Shown here: one piece after another, positions 8,116 through 16,673 of the stretch | How positions within the stretch are numbered: position 1 is the stretch's first letter | How the letters are laid out: each line of letters opens with the position of its first letter | IMG/VR virus record: IMGVR_UViG_3300017781_000107 | Coordinates: 1 to 26,248 of that record | Direction: 5' to 3' (one strand) | Origin: a virus | Lineage: Duplodnaviria; Caudoviricetes | DNA length: 26,248 bases | Notes under the pieces: generated by a model | Told to the model about the DNA's origin: nothing | The model's input: the letters and a program-made list of their open reading frames with translations, nothing else | Database searches by the model: none | Position numbers and translations under genes: made by a program

Positions 8116-11100
8116 TTAATTAAAATATGAACTATCTACTGTTGCACCATATCCATTAGATTGATTTGCTGTAAACCAATGTTGTACTAATATTTGTGTA
8201 GAACTCCCTGTTCCAAAATTATTAAATGGTGTTAATATTACATATGCTGATCTTACAAACGCACCCACTGATGGGTAAATACCTGGTTGTATTGGTAAAC
8301 AAGTTAATGTTATTGTATTAGGTGTTGATGTTACTGGTGCTGTTACTGATAACCAGTTACTTGCTGGGTATGCTAAAGTTTCAACAAAATTAATCGATGT
8401 TAAATATTGTACATTAGCTCCTCCTAATCCCGTTACATCTACTGTTATACTACCACCTGATTGGTATTGAGGTTCCCAATTATAGAACCCAACTCCATTA
8501 ACACTTGTGGCTACTTTTCCTGGTGGTTGTGGTACTACTAATGGATTTAATCCAACATTTGCTAATACAGGTGTTGGTGTTGAGGATGTTACAAATCCTA
8601 ATCCTAAATCAACAGCTGATGCTGTGATTGAACCTGTGTATAATTGTAAATCTGTTGAACCTAAACCACCTACTAAACCAGAATTATCTAATATTTGTGT
8701 TGTACTACCTGTAGCATTAATAAACCATGGTAATACACTTTGTGTATAAGGTTCAAAACCATCAAAATCATATTCTCTTGATGATGTTGTAAAATTATTA
8801 AACCCAAAAGGATCATGATAAAACCCAGATGATGTTGTTAAAAATATTGTTCCGTCTCCAGCTGTTGCTTTATAATAATTTGCTTGACCCCAACCTCTAA
8901 TAAATGATTCTGTAGGGAAACTTTGCGCTTCAGGTGGGAAATACCCTTGAGGTATTGATGAAGTTAAACCAGATTCAAGTATTACAAGAGGATCATCTCC
9001 CGATTGTGTTGCTTGATATATAAAGTCTCCACTAGCACTAAATGATAAATCATAAGTTTGTGTATCAAAAGATGTAATTGCATCTGATGATGGTTCAGAG
9101 AATATATTTAATAAGTTAGATATATCTCCTAAATTATTTGATGGTTGGTTTGTTGCTGAACCTATATAATAAGTTTGGAAGCCATTAATAGCATTATTTA
9201 AATAATCTGCTGCATTTGTAAATGTAAATGTTACATAATCTGCTGTATTGATGTATGGTCTAGTTAATTCACCATTAACATCTTTGAAAGACATTTTTAT
9301 GTATTTTACTTTATTAGTTACCGTTTGTGTTGGTGTTAAAAAATCATTTGCTTCTAATTGAATAATTAAAGCTTGATCTACAACAGCACCTATTATAGGG
9401 TCTATTACTGCTAATTCTGATTTTGATATTTCAAATGTATCTCCAATTTCATAATCAGCTCCTATATTAAGCACAGTTGCTGTCATTATTGGTGCTCCTA
9501 AATTAATAGATTGTGATAATGCAATTTGAATACCACTACCATTTGTTGAAGTAGTTTGGACATTTGTAGGTGTCCAAGCTGCTGATGATGCGGATGCTGC
9601 TGGGTATGTTGTTGCTGATATATTATTTGATGTTAAAATAAAATCAGCCGCTCCTGACCCCCCACTTCCTAAAGAAGTTGACTGAAGAAATGCTTCTGAG
9701 AATGATATTGTTTGACCTGGTTGTGCTGTTGCTGGGTTGCCATTCTGCAACTGAAAAGGATAAAAACCAATAACATCTCCATTTGGAGCTGAAACTAATG
9801 ATCCAGACACACCACCATCCGGGGATGTTGATTGTGAATATGTACCTGTATATCCTTCTAACCCAGTATTTGTTGCAGAAGTATCTGCATGTAAACCAAG
9901 TACAAATGCATTAGCAGCATATCCAGTTGCTGTTGGAGCACCTGAACCTGAAATTACTCCTAACTTTATTGGTCCTGTTGTTGAAGTTGTATAAGGTGAT
10001 TGAGATTGAGATAATTCTTCTCCTAAAATTAATACATCAGCTAAACTTGATGTTAGTGTGTCTGCCCAAAACCATACATTTCCTGGTAAAGGTTGGAATT
10101 CAGGACTTAAAAAATTATCTTCTGTAAATGTTGCTTCATTAAACCATTGGATAAAGAATGCATAATCTATAATTGAATCTTGCCCAAAGAATGTTGAACA
10201 AATATCTTTTATTCCTACTGGTAAAGATCCTGTACCTGCTTGAAATTCACCATTATAAAATTCACGTTGATCTACTCTTGGTATTGTAAATAACCCTTGA
10301 CCCGATCCTAATGTTTCAGATGATGTATTTGGGCTACCTATACCTAAGGTTGTTTCTGAATATTCTTCGAATCCTTGAGAAAATCCTGGATATAATTGCC
10401 AAGATATTGAACCTGATATTTCACTATTAGTTATACCTGTAGTAGGTAAACCTCCTATAATGAAACATACTTCTAAATCTTCATCATCAATATATGATAC
10501 TGCAGGGTTGTTTTCTGTTACTGTTAAATAAAATATAATATCACCAGATGATTTAACTACTGCTTCCTGACCATACAATGTTGGTGAAATTTCTGACCCA
10601 TCACTATAATCGGCATCTCCATATCCCCCACCTTCTATACTTTCCATGAAATTTATTTCATGTGTAATCATACCATCTACTCCCCCATCAAGTTGAACAT
10701 AGCATGATTGGCTAAAGTACATTGATGCAGAATATAATTGTTGTAAATATAGTTGAGGTATTGCTTGTCCATCTGATTGCGAGATGTTAATACTCATTGT
10801 ATTTGTAGCTGTACCTACTGCTGATGTAAACCCTAAAGAACCTACTGTTGGAGGTATGTCTAATTCAGAATTTGATGATGTAAAGAAATAATTATCAAAG
10901 CATATTTTTTCATCTGATGCACTTATAGGGGCTGTAAGTAAACTATTATATGGTTCAAATACACCACCTGTACCACCATTAAATACTTCTATTGAAGAAC
11001 CACTACCTTGAACATTTGCATATTGAGGGAAATTTGGTGCTGTTTTAGGTATTAATAAATTATGGGCATCTAAAGTTATTACTATATCATTTGTTGCTGT

Positions 11101-14100
11101 AATACCAGTTGAAGCTAATGTTGCTTGATCAATTGTTATTTCTTCTGTCCTATAATAATCACTACCAGTATTAATTACTGTAACTGTCTTTATATTGCCA
11201 TTATCAACATGAAGTTGGAATGTAGCACCCGAACCTGAAACACCATTTACTGATCCTGTTATTGGTAATTCTGAACCTGTAACATAAGAACCCCCTGGAG
11301 TAATACCTACAAAATCTACACTATTAAATGATAATAAATCATCACTAATTAATGCTCCAGATTGTGTATATTGAGCTGTATCTAAATAAGTGGGTACTTC
11401 TGTATAATAGAATTCATAATCTCTTGGTGCCGATTTTACAGTACCAAAATATTCTGGTACAGAAAATGACATTGAAGGTGGTGCTTGTTTATTTCTTTCT
11501 AATAAATTTTGTTTAATTACTACACCTGATGATAAACTTGTTCTTGCAGGTGTAAAATCTTCAATCATTTTAAATAATGAATTGTCAAAGAATTTTATTA
11601 ACCTAACAAAATCGTTTACATTATAACTATTTATATATTTTGTAAAATAAGCATCTCTTAAAGCATCTAATTCTGGGTAAGAATAAGAAGACTCTGATAT
11701 TTGTCTTGGGTCTCCTATATAATCACCTAAATTAAAATCACCTATTTGTGCTATAATATCGTCGTTAATTTGGTCTTGTGGTGAAAATGCTACTTCTAAA
11801 TAATTAATATTAGGAGCACTACCACTAGGGTATGCTGTTTGTTGTATTGATCTATATGGTGATAAAGTTGAACCTGATGGTATTGTAGTATTTACAATAT
11901 GAACTTTATCTGTAATTCTATTTTTAATACCTCCTGGTGTCTGGTTTAAATAGATACTTTCTGTATTTTGTATAAATGATCCAGTTAAATAAAAATCACT
12001 AGTATTAGCAAATGATTCAGTTATAACCCAAGATCCTGTTATTTTAGGGTGAATAGATGTTCTACTACCTGTATTTAATTCTGTACCTAAATCTGCTCTA
12101 AACATTAATTCATCTGGAGTAGTATTAACACCTGTACCTTGTGTAGAGTAAGGGTTAACTACATAATCAAAGAAGAAACTTTCACTTAATGGTGTATCCC
12201 AATATCTTACTTCTTGTAAAGCACCTGATAATGGAGCATGATTTAGCCCACTTAATATTAAGTTACTTCCACTTGGAATAAATGCTTGTGTAGCAGCTTT
12301 CCAATATTGTCCTTGTGCCACAGCTATATAATCAGAACCACTAAATCCTATTTCTTCACCTATTCTATTTGCTACACAAAGTGAAGCTGTCATAGTATCA
12401 TCATAGTCATAAGTTGCTTGAACTGACCACCACCCCTGATCAAAGAAAGGTAAATTAACACTTGCAGATCTTCCTGCTGTGTATCCTACTTGACCTTCAG
12501 GATAAAATGCTAATGTACCAAAAGCATTACTTTGAGAAGGTACGGCACCATCCCAACTTCCGGTTTGAGTACCATCACCATTATATTCTAGTGTAATAAA
12601 TGCTTTATTATTATCTAATACAAATAAATTTTGGTAAAAAGATGATGTTGGAATTCCTGTTGTTTGGAATCTAAATTGTACTGTTTGTGGGGTTGTATCT
12701 ACATTAGGCCAATCTGAATTCCCTACCCAAGATGAAGTTATAAACGTTGGGTTAGATATACCTTCTAATTTTAAAGCATAATTAAATTGGTTTTGTTTAT
12801 AATCCCAATCTTTATGAGTGTCTCTATCTTTACTTCCAAATTCATTTATTCTTAAAATAGTATCTGGAATACCATATGAAGTTATTAATGCTCTTAACCC
12901 CCCTATTGTTCCTTTACGCTTAAGTAAATTAGGTAAATTGTGGTAAATTCGTTTATATAAACGCTTGTTTACGTTGTCTAATGGGACTATGTCATCCGAA
13001 GCTGATATTTCAGTATCTACATATTCATACCCAGAAGGCGTGTCAACTTTACCACCAATTGACCCCGTCATATATGGGAAAGGGAATGTACTTCCAGAAG
13101 GAGTAATACCTAAAAATGCTGTATATAAGTCGTCAGTATTAAAGTTATTACTATATAATTTTATACCAAAATCTTTAATTGCATCGGCTACTAAATCCTT
13201 AGAAATACCATAATCTAACCTATTATCGGCATCAAATCTGGTAGTAATATTTTTTGTATATAGCCAAGTATTATCATATTGTTGAGCTACCATATCAACA
13301 AATAACTCATATTTAGCATTATTTGGGTCAGTAGTTAAATACTCGGGTATTGTGTTTTTTAAATAATTAGCATTTTCTTCATCATAATTAGAAGCTGATA
13401 GTGCATTACCTCCATAATATAGATTGTCTGGGTCTGAACTACCTAACCAAGTTTCTACTATTGAACTGCCAGTACTATATAAATTAAATGGTGGTTCTGT
13501 ATTTGATTTAGGGTATGAATATTCTGATCCACTATTGTAGTATAAGAAATATTCGTATCCATCAAAGTTTTTTTCTATTTCAGCAATTTTACTTGTAAAT
13601 TCAGCATTACTTTCACTATATGCTATAGAACCAGTTCCTCCATCTGTAATTTGGGATAGAATATTATTTAAAGTATTGTTATATTGTTCTATTAATCCTA
13701 CTTTATATATAAAATTTTCTAATCTTGTATAAGCTGAGGAGAAATATATAAATTCATTATAGTCTGTATAATCAACACTTATAGATACTTCTTTTCTGTT
13801 TAATAAGTTTTTTACTTGACTAGCAGAACTAGTTAAATCTGTACCTATCAGTTGATTATAATCATAGATTTGACTTGCTACTCCTGCTTCTTGTGCAAGA
13901 TTTAAAGCATAATTAGGACCTAATATAAATTGAAAGTCGTCAGGTATAAATTCCTCAAAGGGAAAGGATACATTATATGCTTGGGGAGTTGAGATTTCCT
14001 CTACTAACCACAATGTTGATTTTAATCCAAATTGTACTGGTAGGGGTTCGTATAGTTTTATTAATATAGAAGGTTCAACTTCTGATTCAGTATCTAATTT

Positions 14101-14622
14101 TATATTATTAGCAATACATTGTTGATCATTACCAAAATTAAGTAGGAAATCTACAAAATATTCAGAATTCTCTCTTGATTCTATAAAGCTATTACTTGAA
14201 CTTATAATTCTAATATCTGAAATAGTATTACTCTTTAATCTAACCTCTGTTCTATCCGAGCTAATTTCACTAATATAGTAATTGACTGTTATGTTTGAGT
14301 CTAGTAAATATCTATAAAAATTGTATGTTGAATAAAATGAACCATAATCATACCCTATATTTTCTAAATCTTGATCAGGATATAATATTGTGTCTCCATT
14401 TATAACACTATATGAATCTACAGAAACTGCTTTTACATTTGGGAGTGAAGGATATATTAATGTTTTATTTTCATCATAAGCATAATACTCTATATAATCT
14501 GTAGAAGAAGTAAATGCCGTATCTAATCTCGATGATGAAATTAGAATATTATCTTGCTCCGCATATTGTTGGAACTCAAATGTTACTGGATTTACTTGCT
14601 GTATTGTTATGTTGTTATCCAT
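8116..14622 (-). CDS. Giant baseplate wedge protein (P2 gpI/T4 gp7-like core) with a LamG-like domain, inserted beta modules and a C-terminal BACON-like domain, 2168 aa
   Basis: RIYHNLPNLLKRKGTIGGLRALITSYGIP resembles the gpI-type KGT motif, and FKMIEDFTPARTSLSSGVVI resembles the closing kPa motif. TVQFRF...GWWSV...SGALQEVRYWDTPLS is LamG/ConA-like. The start is moved from the GTG at 14655 to the ATG at 14622, which directly follows the upstream stop (TAA-T-ATG). Confidence 0.7.
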   Translation of the reverse strand: MDNNITIQQVNPVTFEFQQYAEQDNILISSSRLDTAFTSSTDYIEYYAYDENKTLIYPSLPNVKAVSVDSYSVINGDTILYPDQDLENIGYDYGSFYSTYNFYRYLLDSNITVNYYISEISSDRTEVRLKSNTISDIRIISSSNSFIESRENSEYFVDFLLNFGNDQQCIANNIKLDTESEVEPSILIKLYEPLPVQFGLKSTLWLVEEISTPQAYNVSFPFEEFIPDDFQFILGPNYALNLAQEAGVASQIYDYNQLIGTDLTSSASQVKNLLNRKEVSISVDYTDYNEFIYFSSAYTRLENFIYKVGLIEQYNNTLNNILSQITDGGTGSIAYSESNAEFTSKIAEIEKNFDGYEYFLYYNSGSEYSYPKSNTEPPFNLYSTGSSIVETWLGSSDPDNLYYGGNALSASNYDEENANYLKNTIPEYLTTDPNNAKYELFVDMVAQQYDNTWLYTKNITTRFDADNRLDYGISKDLVADAIKDFGIKLYSNNFNTDDLYTAFLGITPSGSTFPFPYMTGSIGGKVDTPSGYEYVDTEISASDDIVPLDNVNKRLYKRIYHNLPNLLKRKGTIGGLRALITSYGIPDTILRINEFGSKDRDTHKDWDYKQNQFNYALKLEGISNPTFITSSWVGNSDWPNVDTTPQTVQFRFQTTGIPTSSFYQNLFVLDNNKAFITLEYNGDGTQTGSWDGAVPSQSNAFGTLAFYPEGQVGYTAGRSASVNLPFFDQGWWSVQATYDYDDTMTASLCVANRIGEEIGFSGSDYIAVAQGQYWKAATQAFIPSGSNLILSGLNHAPLSGALQEVRYWDTPLSESFFFDYVVNPYSTQGTGVNTTPDELMFRADLGTELNTGSRTSIHPKITGSWVITESFANTSDFYLTGSFIQNTESIYLNQTPGGIKNRITDKVHIVNTTIPSGSTLSPYRSIQQTAYPSGSAPNINYLEVAFSPQDQINDDIIAQIGDFNLGDYIGDPRQISESSYSYPELDALRDAYFTKYINSYNVNDFVRLIKFFDNSLFKMIEDFTPARTSLSSGVVIKQNLLERNKQAPPSMSFSVPEYFGTVKSAPRDYEFYYTEVPTYLDTAQYTQSGALISDDLLSFNSVDFVGITPGGSYVTGSELPITGSVNGVSGSGATFQLHVDNGNIKTVTVINTGSDYYRTEEITIDQATLASTGITATNDIVITLDAHNLLIPKTAPNFPQYANVQGSGSSIEVFNGGTGGVFEPYNSLLTAPISASDEKICFDNYFFTSSNSELDIPPTVGSLGFTSAVGTATNTMSINISQSDGQAIPQLYLQQLYSASMYFSQSCYVQLDGGVDGMITHEINFMESIEGGGYGDADYSDGSEISPTLYGQEAVVKSSGDIIFYLTVTENNPAVSYIDDEDLEVCFIIGGLPTTGITNSEISGSISWQLYPGFSQGFEEYSETTLGIGSPNTSSETLGSGQGLFTIPRVDQREFYNGEFQAGTGSLPVGIKDICSTFFGQDSIIDYAFFIQWFNEATFTEDNFLSPEFQPLPGNVWFWADTLTSSLADVLILGEELSQSQSPYTTSTTGPIKLGVISGSGAPTATGYAANAFVLGLHADTSATNTGLEGYTGTYSQSTSPDGGVSGSLVSAPNGDVIGFYPFQLQNGNPATAQPGQTISFSEAFLQSTSLGSGGSGAADFILTSNNISATTYPAASASSAAWTPTNVQTTSTNGSGIQIALSQSINLGAPIMTATVLNIGADYEIGDTFEISKSELAVIDPIIGAVVDQALIIQLEANDFLTPTQTVTNKVKYIKMSFKDVNGELTRPYINTADYVTFTFTNAADYLNNAINGFQTYYIGSATNQPSNNLGDISNLLNIFSEPSSDAITSFDTQTYDLSFSASGDFIYQATQSGDDPLVILESGLTSSIPQGYFPPEAQSFPTESFIRGWGQANYYKATAGDGTIFLTTSSGFYHDPFGFNNFTTSSREYDFDGFEPYTQSVLPWFINATGSTTQILDNSGLVGGLGSTDLQLYTGSITASAVDLGLGFVTSSTPTPVLANVGLNPLVVPQPPGKVATSVNGVGFYNWEPQYQSGGSITVDVTGLGGANVQYLTSINFVETLAYPASNWLSVTAPVTSTPNTITLTCLPIQPGIYPSVGAFVRSAYVILTPFNNFGTGSSTQILVQHWFTANQSNGYGATVDSSYFN

Positions 14623-14623
14623 A

Positions 14624-15166
14624 TTAATATGTTCCTGATGTTGTTCCACTTCCACCTGCTGCTGAGGTAGAATTTGAATTTGAAGGTGAATTAGCTACTA
14701 CACCTGAATTGGTAGTTCCATCATCAAATTCTTCAATAGAATTTAAGTTTAAATCTTTTTGTAATTGTTGTATTGTTTCATCACTAGTATTATCTAAAGC
14801 TTGAGGGTCAAAGTTTATAGTTTGGCCTGATAGTGCTTCTGCTTTGTCAATCTGTGCTTGTAATAAATCTTTTCTTAATTGTGATATTTCACCTTGAAGA
14901 CTGTTAATTAATTGACTATCTTGATCATAGTTAATGTATTGAGCACTTGATTTAATTAAATATTCGTGAGAGTTAGTTTCACCAAAGGCTGGTATTTCAT
15001 AAAATAAATCGTTGTATTGGTCGAAAAAATCATTAACTGTAAAAGTGTCTTCGATTTCTTCTGATAGAGATATTACACCTAACTGATTAAATTTAGTGTC
15101 AATAATCTTAGGATATTCTGTTTTTGAATATACTTTTTTAATAAGGTCAATTCTTTCCTCTGCCAT
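14624..15166 (-). CDS. Hypothetical protein of the baseplate cluster (coiled coil, low-complexity C-terminal tail)
   Basis: 180 aa, tightly packed in the operon. LINSLQGEISQLRKDLLQAQ is a heptad-like segment; the tail is S/G/N/T-rich. Confidence 0.75.
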   Translation of the reverse strand: MAEERIDLIKKVYSKTEYPKIIDTKFNQLGVISLSEEIEDTFTVNDFFDQYNDLFYEIPAFGETNSHEYLIKSSAQYINYDQDSQLINSLQGEISQLRKDLLQAQIDKAEALSGQTINFDPQALDNTSDETIQQLQKDLNLNSIEEFDDGTTNSGVVANSPSNSNSTSAAGGSGTTSGTY

Positions 15167-15177
15167 TTTATAGCCTT

Positions 15178-16671
15178 TTAACCATTAATTACTTTAAAGT
15201 AATAGTTTTCATCCATTACTATAGTATTCCCTTGTATTTCTGTTTGTACCAAAATTTGGTAATATCGTTCTGGTTCTAAACCATTCATGTATACTTTAAA
15301 AAAGCTACCTGTTGGGTCACAACTAATTTGAGTAAATTCTTTATCAAATTCTACTACAAACTCATTAGTATCTAAATCTTTTATAGCATAATAAGATGAA
15401 GATGGTAATGCATAATTCAATGTATCAATAGATGATGTTTCGAAGGTACGAACTGGGAATTCAGGACGCACGTTTAATCTAAAATTATTTATACTTTCAC
15501 TATAAAATACACCTTGATTATTGTCTAATGACATAAATACGTCTGGGGTACTAATTACATTTAGTTGTTCAATATCAAATGTTGATAATGTTATTACTGC
15601 ATCTGATGTTGCACCTGAAACTGCATCTAAATTGTTTAATGTTGCTGCATTCCAAGTTAATATATCTCCTGCTTTATATCCTGATCCTAAATCTTTAACA
15701 AACACATCTACCATAGAAGCGCTTTTAAAGGTAGCTCCATAAGTCGCACCTATTCCAACTCCTGTATTATTGTCTGGTGTAGGTAATGATTGTGTATAAG
15801 AACAAGATATTGAACTTGTTATTTCATTTGTAGGGTAAGAACCAGTTAATGTTCTTCCTTCTTCAAATTCACCACTACTGGTTGAATATGTAAAATCTCT
15901 CCATTTAATTTCTAATTGTGGAGGATAAATTGTATTTGTATCTACTGAGTAAAAACTCATTTGAGGTGTTACTGCACTTGATGTTGTAAATTCTATATCA
16001 TCATCCCATTTAAGAATAAATCCTTGATTTTGAATGTCTGTTAAACCACTATTATTACCAGTTGAGCCTGAATGCCATACTTTTAAAGCATTAGTCACAT
16101 TCATATTTAAATCTTTATCACTTCTTAGTGTAAATGTTTGTGATGAAGTTATGTCTGAAATTCCTGTATATTCTCCACCTATTACGTTTGAACCTGTAAA
16201 CCAAACTGCTCCACCTATATTATCACTACCACTCCAAGAAGCAGTAACTAATGTTCCAAATGCACTTGTAGGCCATTCTGTTGACCCTGAATAAGCTGAG
16301 TATTTCCAACTTACACCTGTTCCATTTATAATATTATCTAAATATTGCCCTGTACCATTATTCCATGATCCTGATATAGGGTAAGCGTATAATGTTGAGT
16401 CCAATGTTACATTAGTTGCTTTAGCAACGTAACATCTTAAACTACCTGACCAATTATTCCAATTAGATTGTGTTACATTTGATATTGATGTAAGTACATT
16501 ATCAATTTCCGCTTGGTTAAATTTAATTAATGATCTAGCTACTCTAGCTACAGGGTTTGATTCTGTTACTTCGTTGTTTATATCTAAGATAGCATCAAGC
16601 CCAGTATTCATATATCTATATGCACTGTATATTGAAGCGTCTTTTTCAGGAAATAATTTATATACTGCCAT
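15178..16671 (-). CDS. Virion structural protein with a DNRLRE-like N-terminal domain and an inserted beta module
   Basis: EKDASIYS...NTGLDAILDI...RSLIKFN...LYAYPISGSWNNGTG...GVSW...YPPQLEIKW follows the DNRLRE/CBM96-like pattern. Lies directly downstream of the gp6/J-like gene. Confidence 0.6.
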   Translation of the reverse strand: MAVYKLFPEKDASIYSAYRYMNTGLDAILDINNEVTESNPVARVARSLIKFNQAEIDNVLTSISNVTQSNWNNWSGSLRCYVAKATNVTLDSTLYAYPISGSWNNGTGQYLDNIINGTGVSWKYSAYSGSTEWPTSAFGTLVTASWSGSDNIGGAVWFTGSNVIGGEYTGISDITSSQTFTLRSDKDLNMNVTNALKVWHSGSTGNNSGLTDIQNQGFILKWDDDIEFTTSSAVTPQMSFYSVDTNTIYPPQLEIKWRDFTYSTSSGEFEEGRTLTGSYPTNEITSSISCSYTQSLPTPDNNTGVGIGATYGATFKSASMVDVFVKDLGSGYKAGDILTWNAATLNNLDAVSGATSDAVITLSTFDIEQLNVISTPDVFMSLDNNQGVFYSESINNFRLNVRPEFPVRTFETSSIDTLNYALPSSSYYAIKDLDTNEFVVEFDKEFTQISCDPTGSFFKVYMNGLEPERYYQILVQTEIQGNTIVMDENYYFKVING

Positions 16672-16673
16672 AA

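Noticed and set aside
14623-14655. GTG start extension (MEVEQHQEHIN) of the giant ORF
   Set aside because: It overlaps the upstream gene. The ATG at 14622 follows the stop as TAA-T-ATG, as at other junctions in the window.
7564-15765. Dispersed module as an intein or a DGR target/template repeat
   Set aside because: There are no intein C/S...HN termini and no reverse transcriptase. The copies are diverged at the protein level rather than near-identical DNA differing only at adenines.
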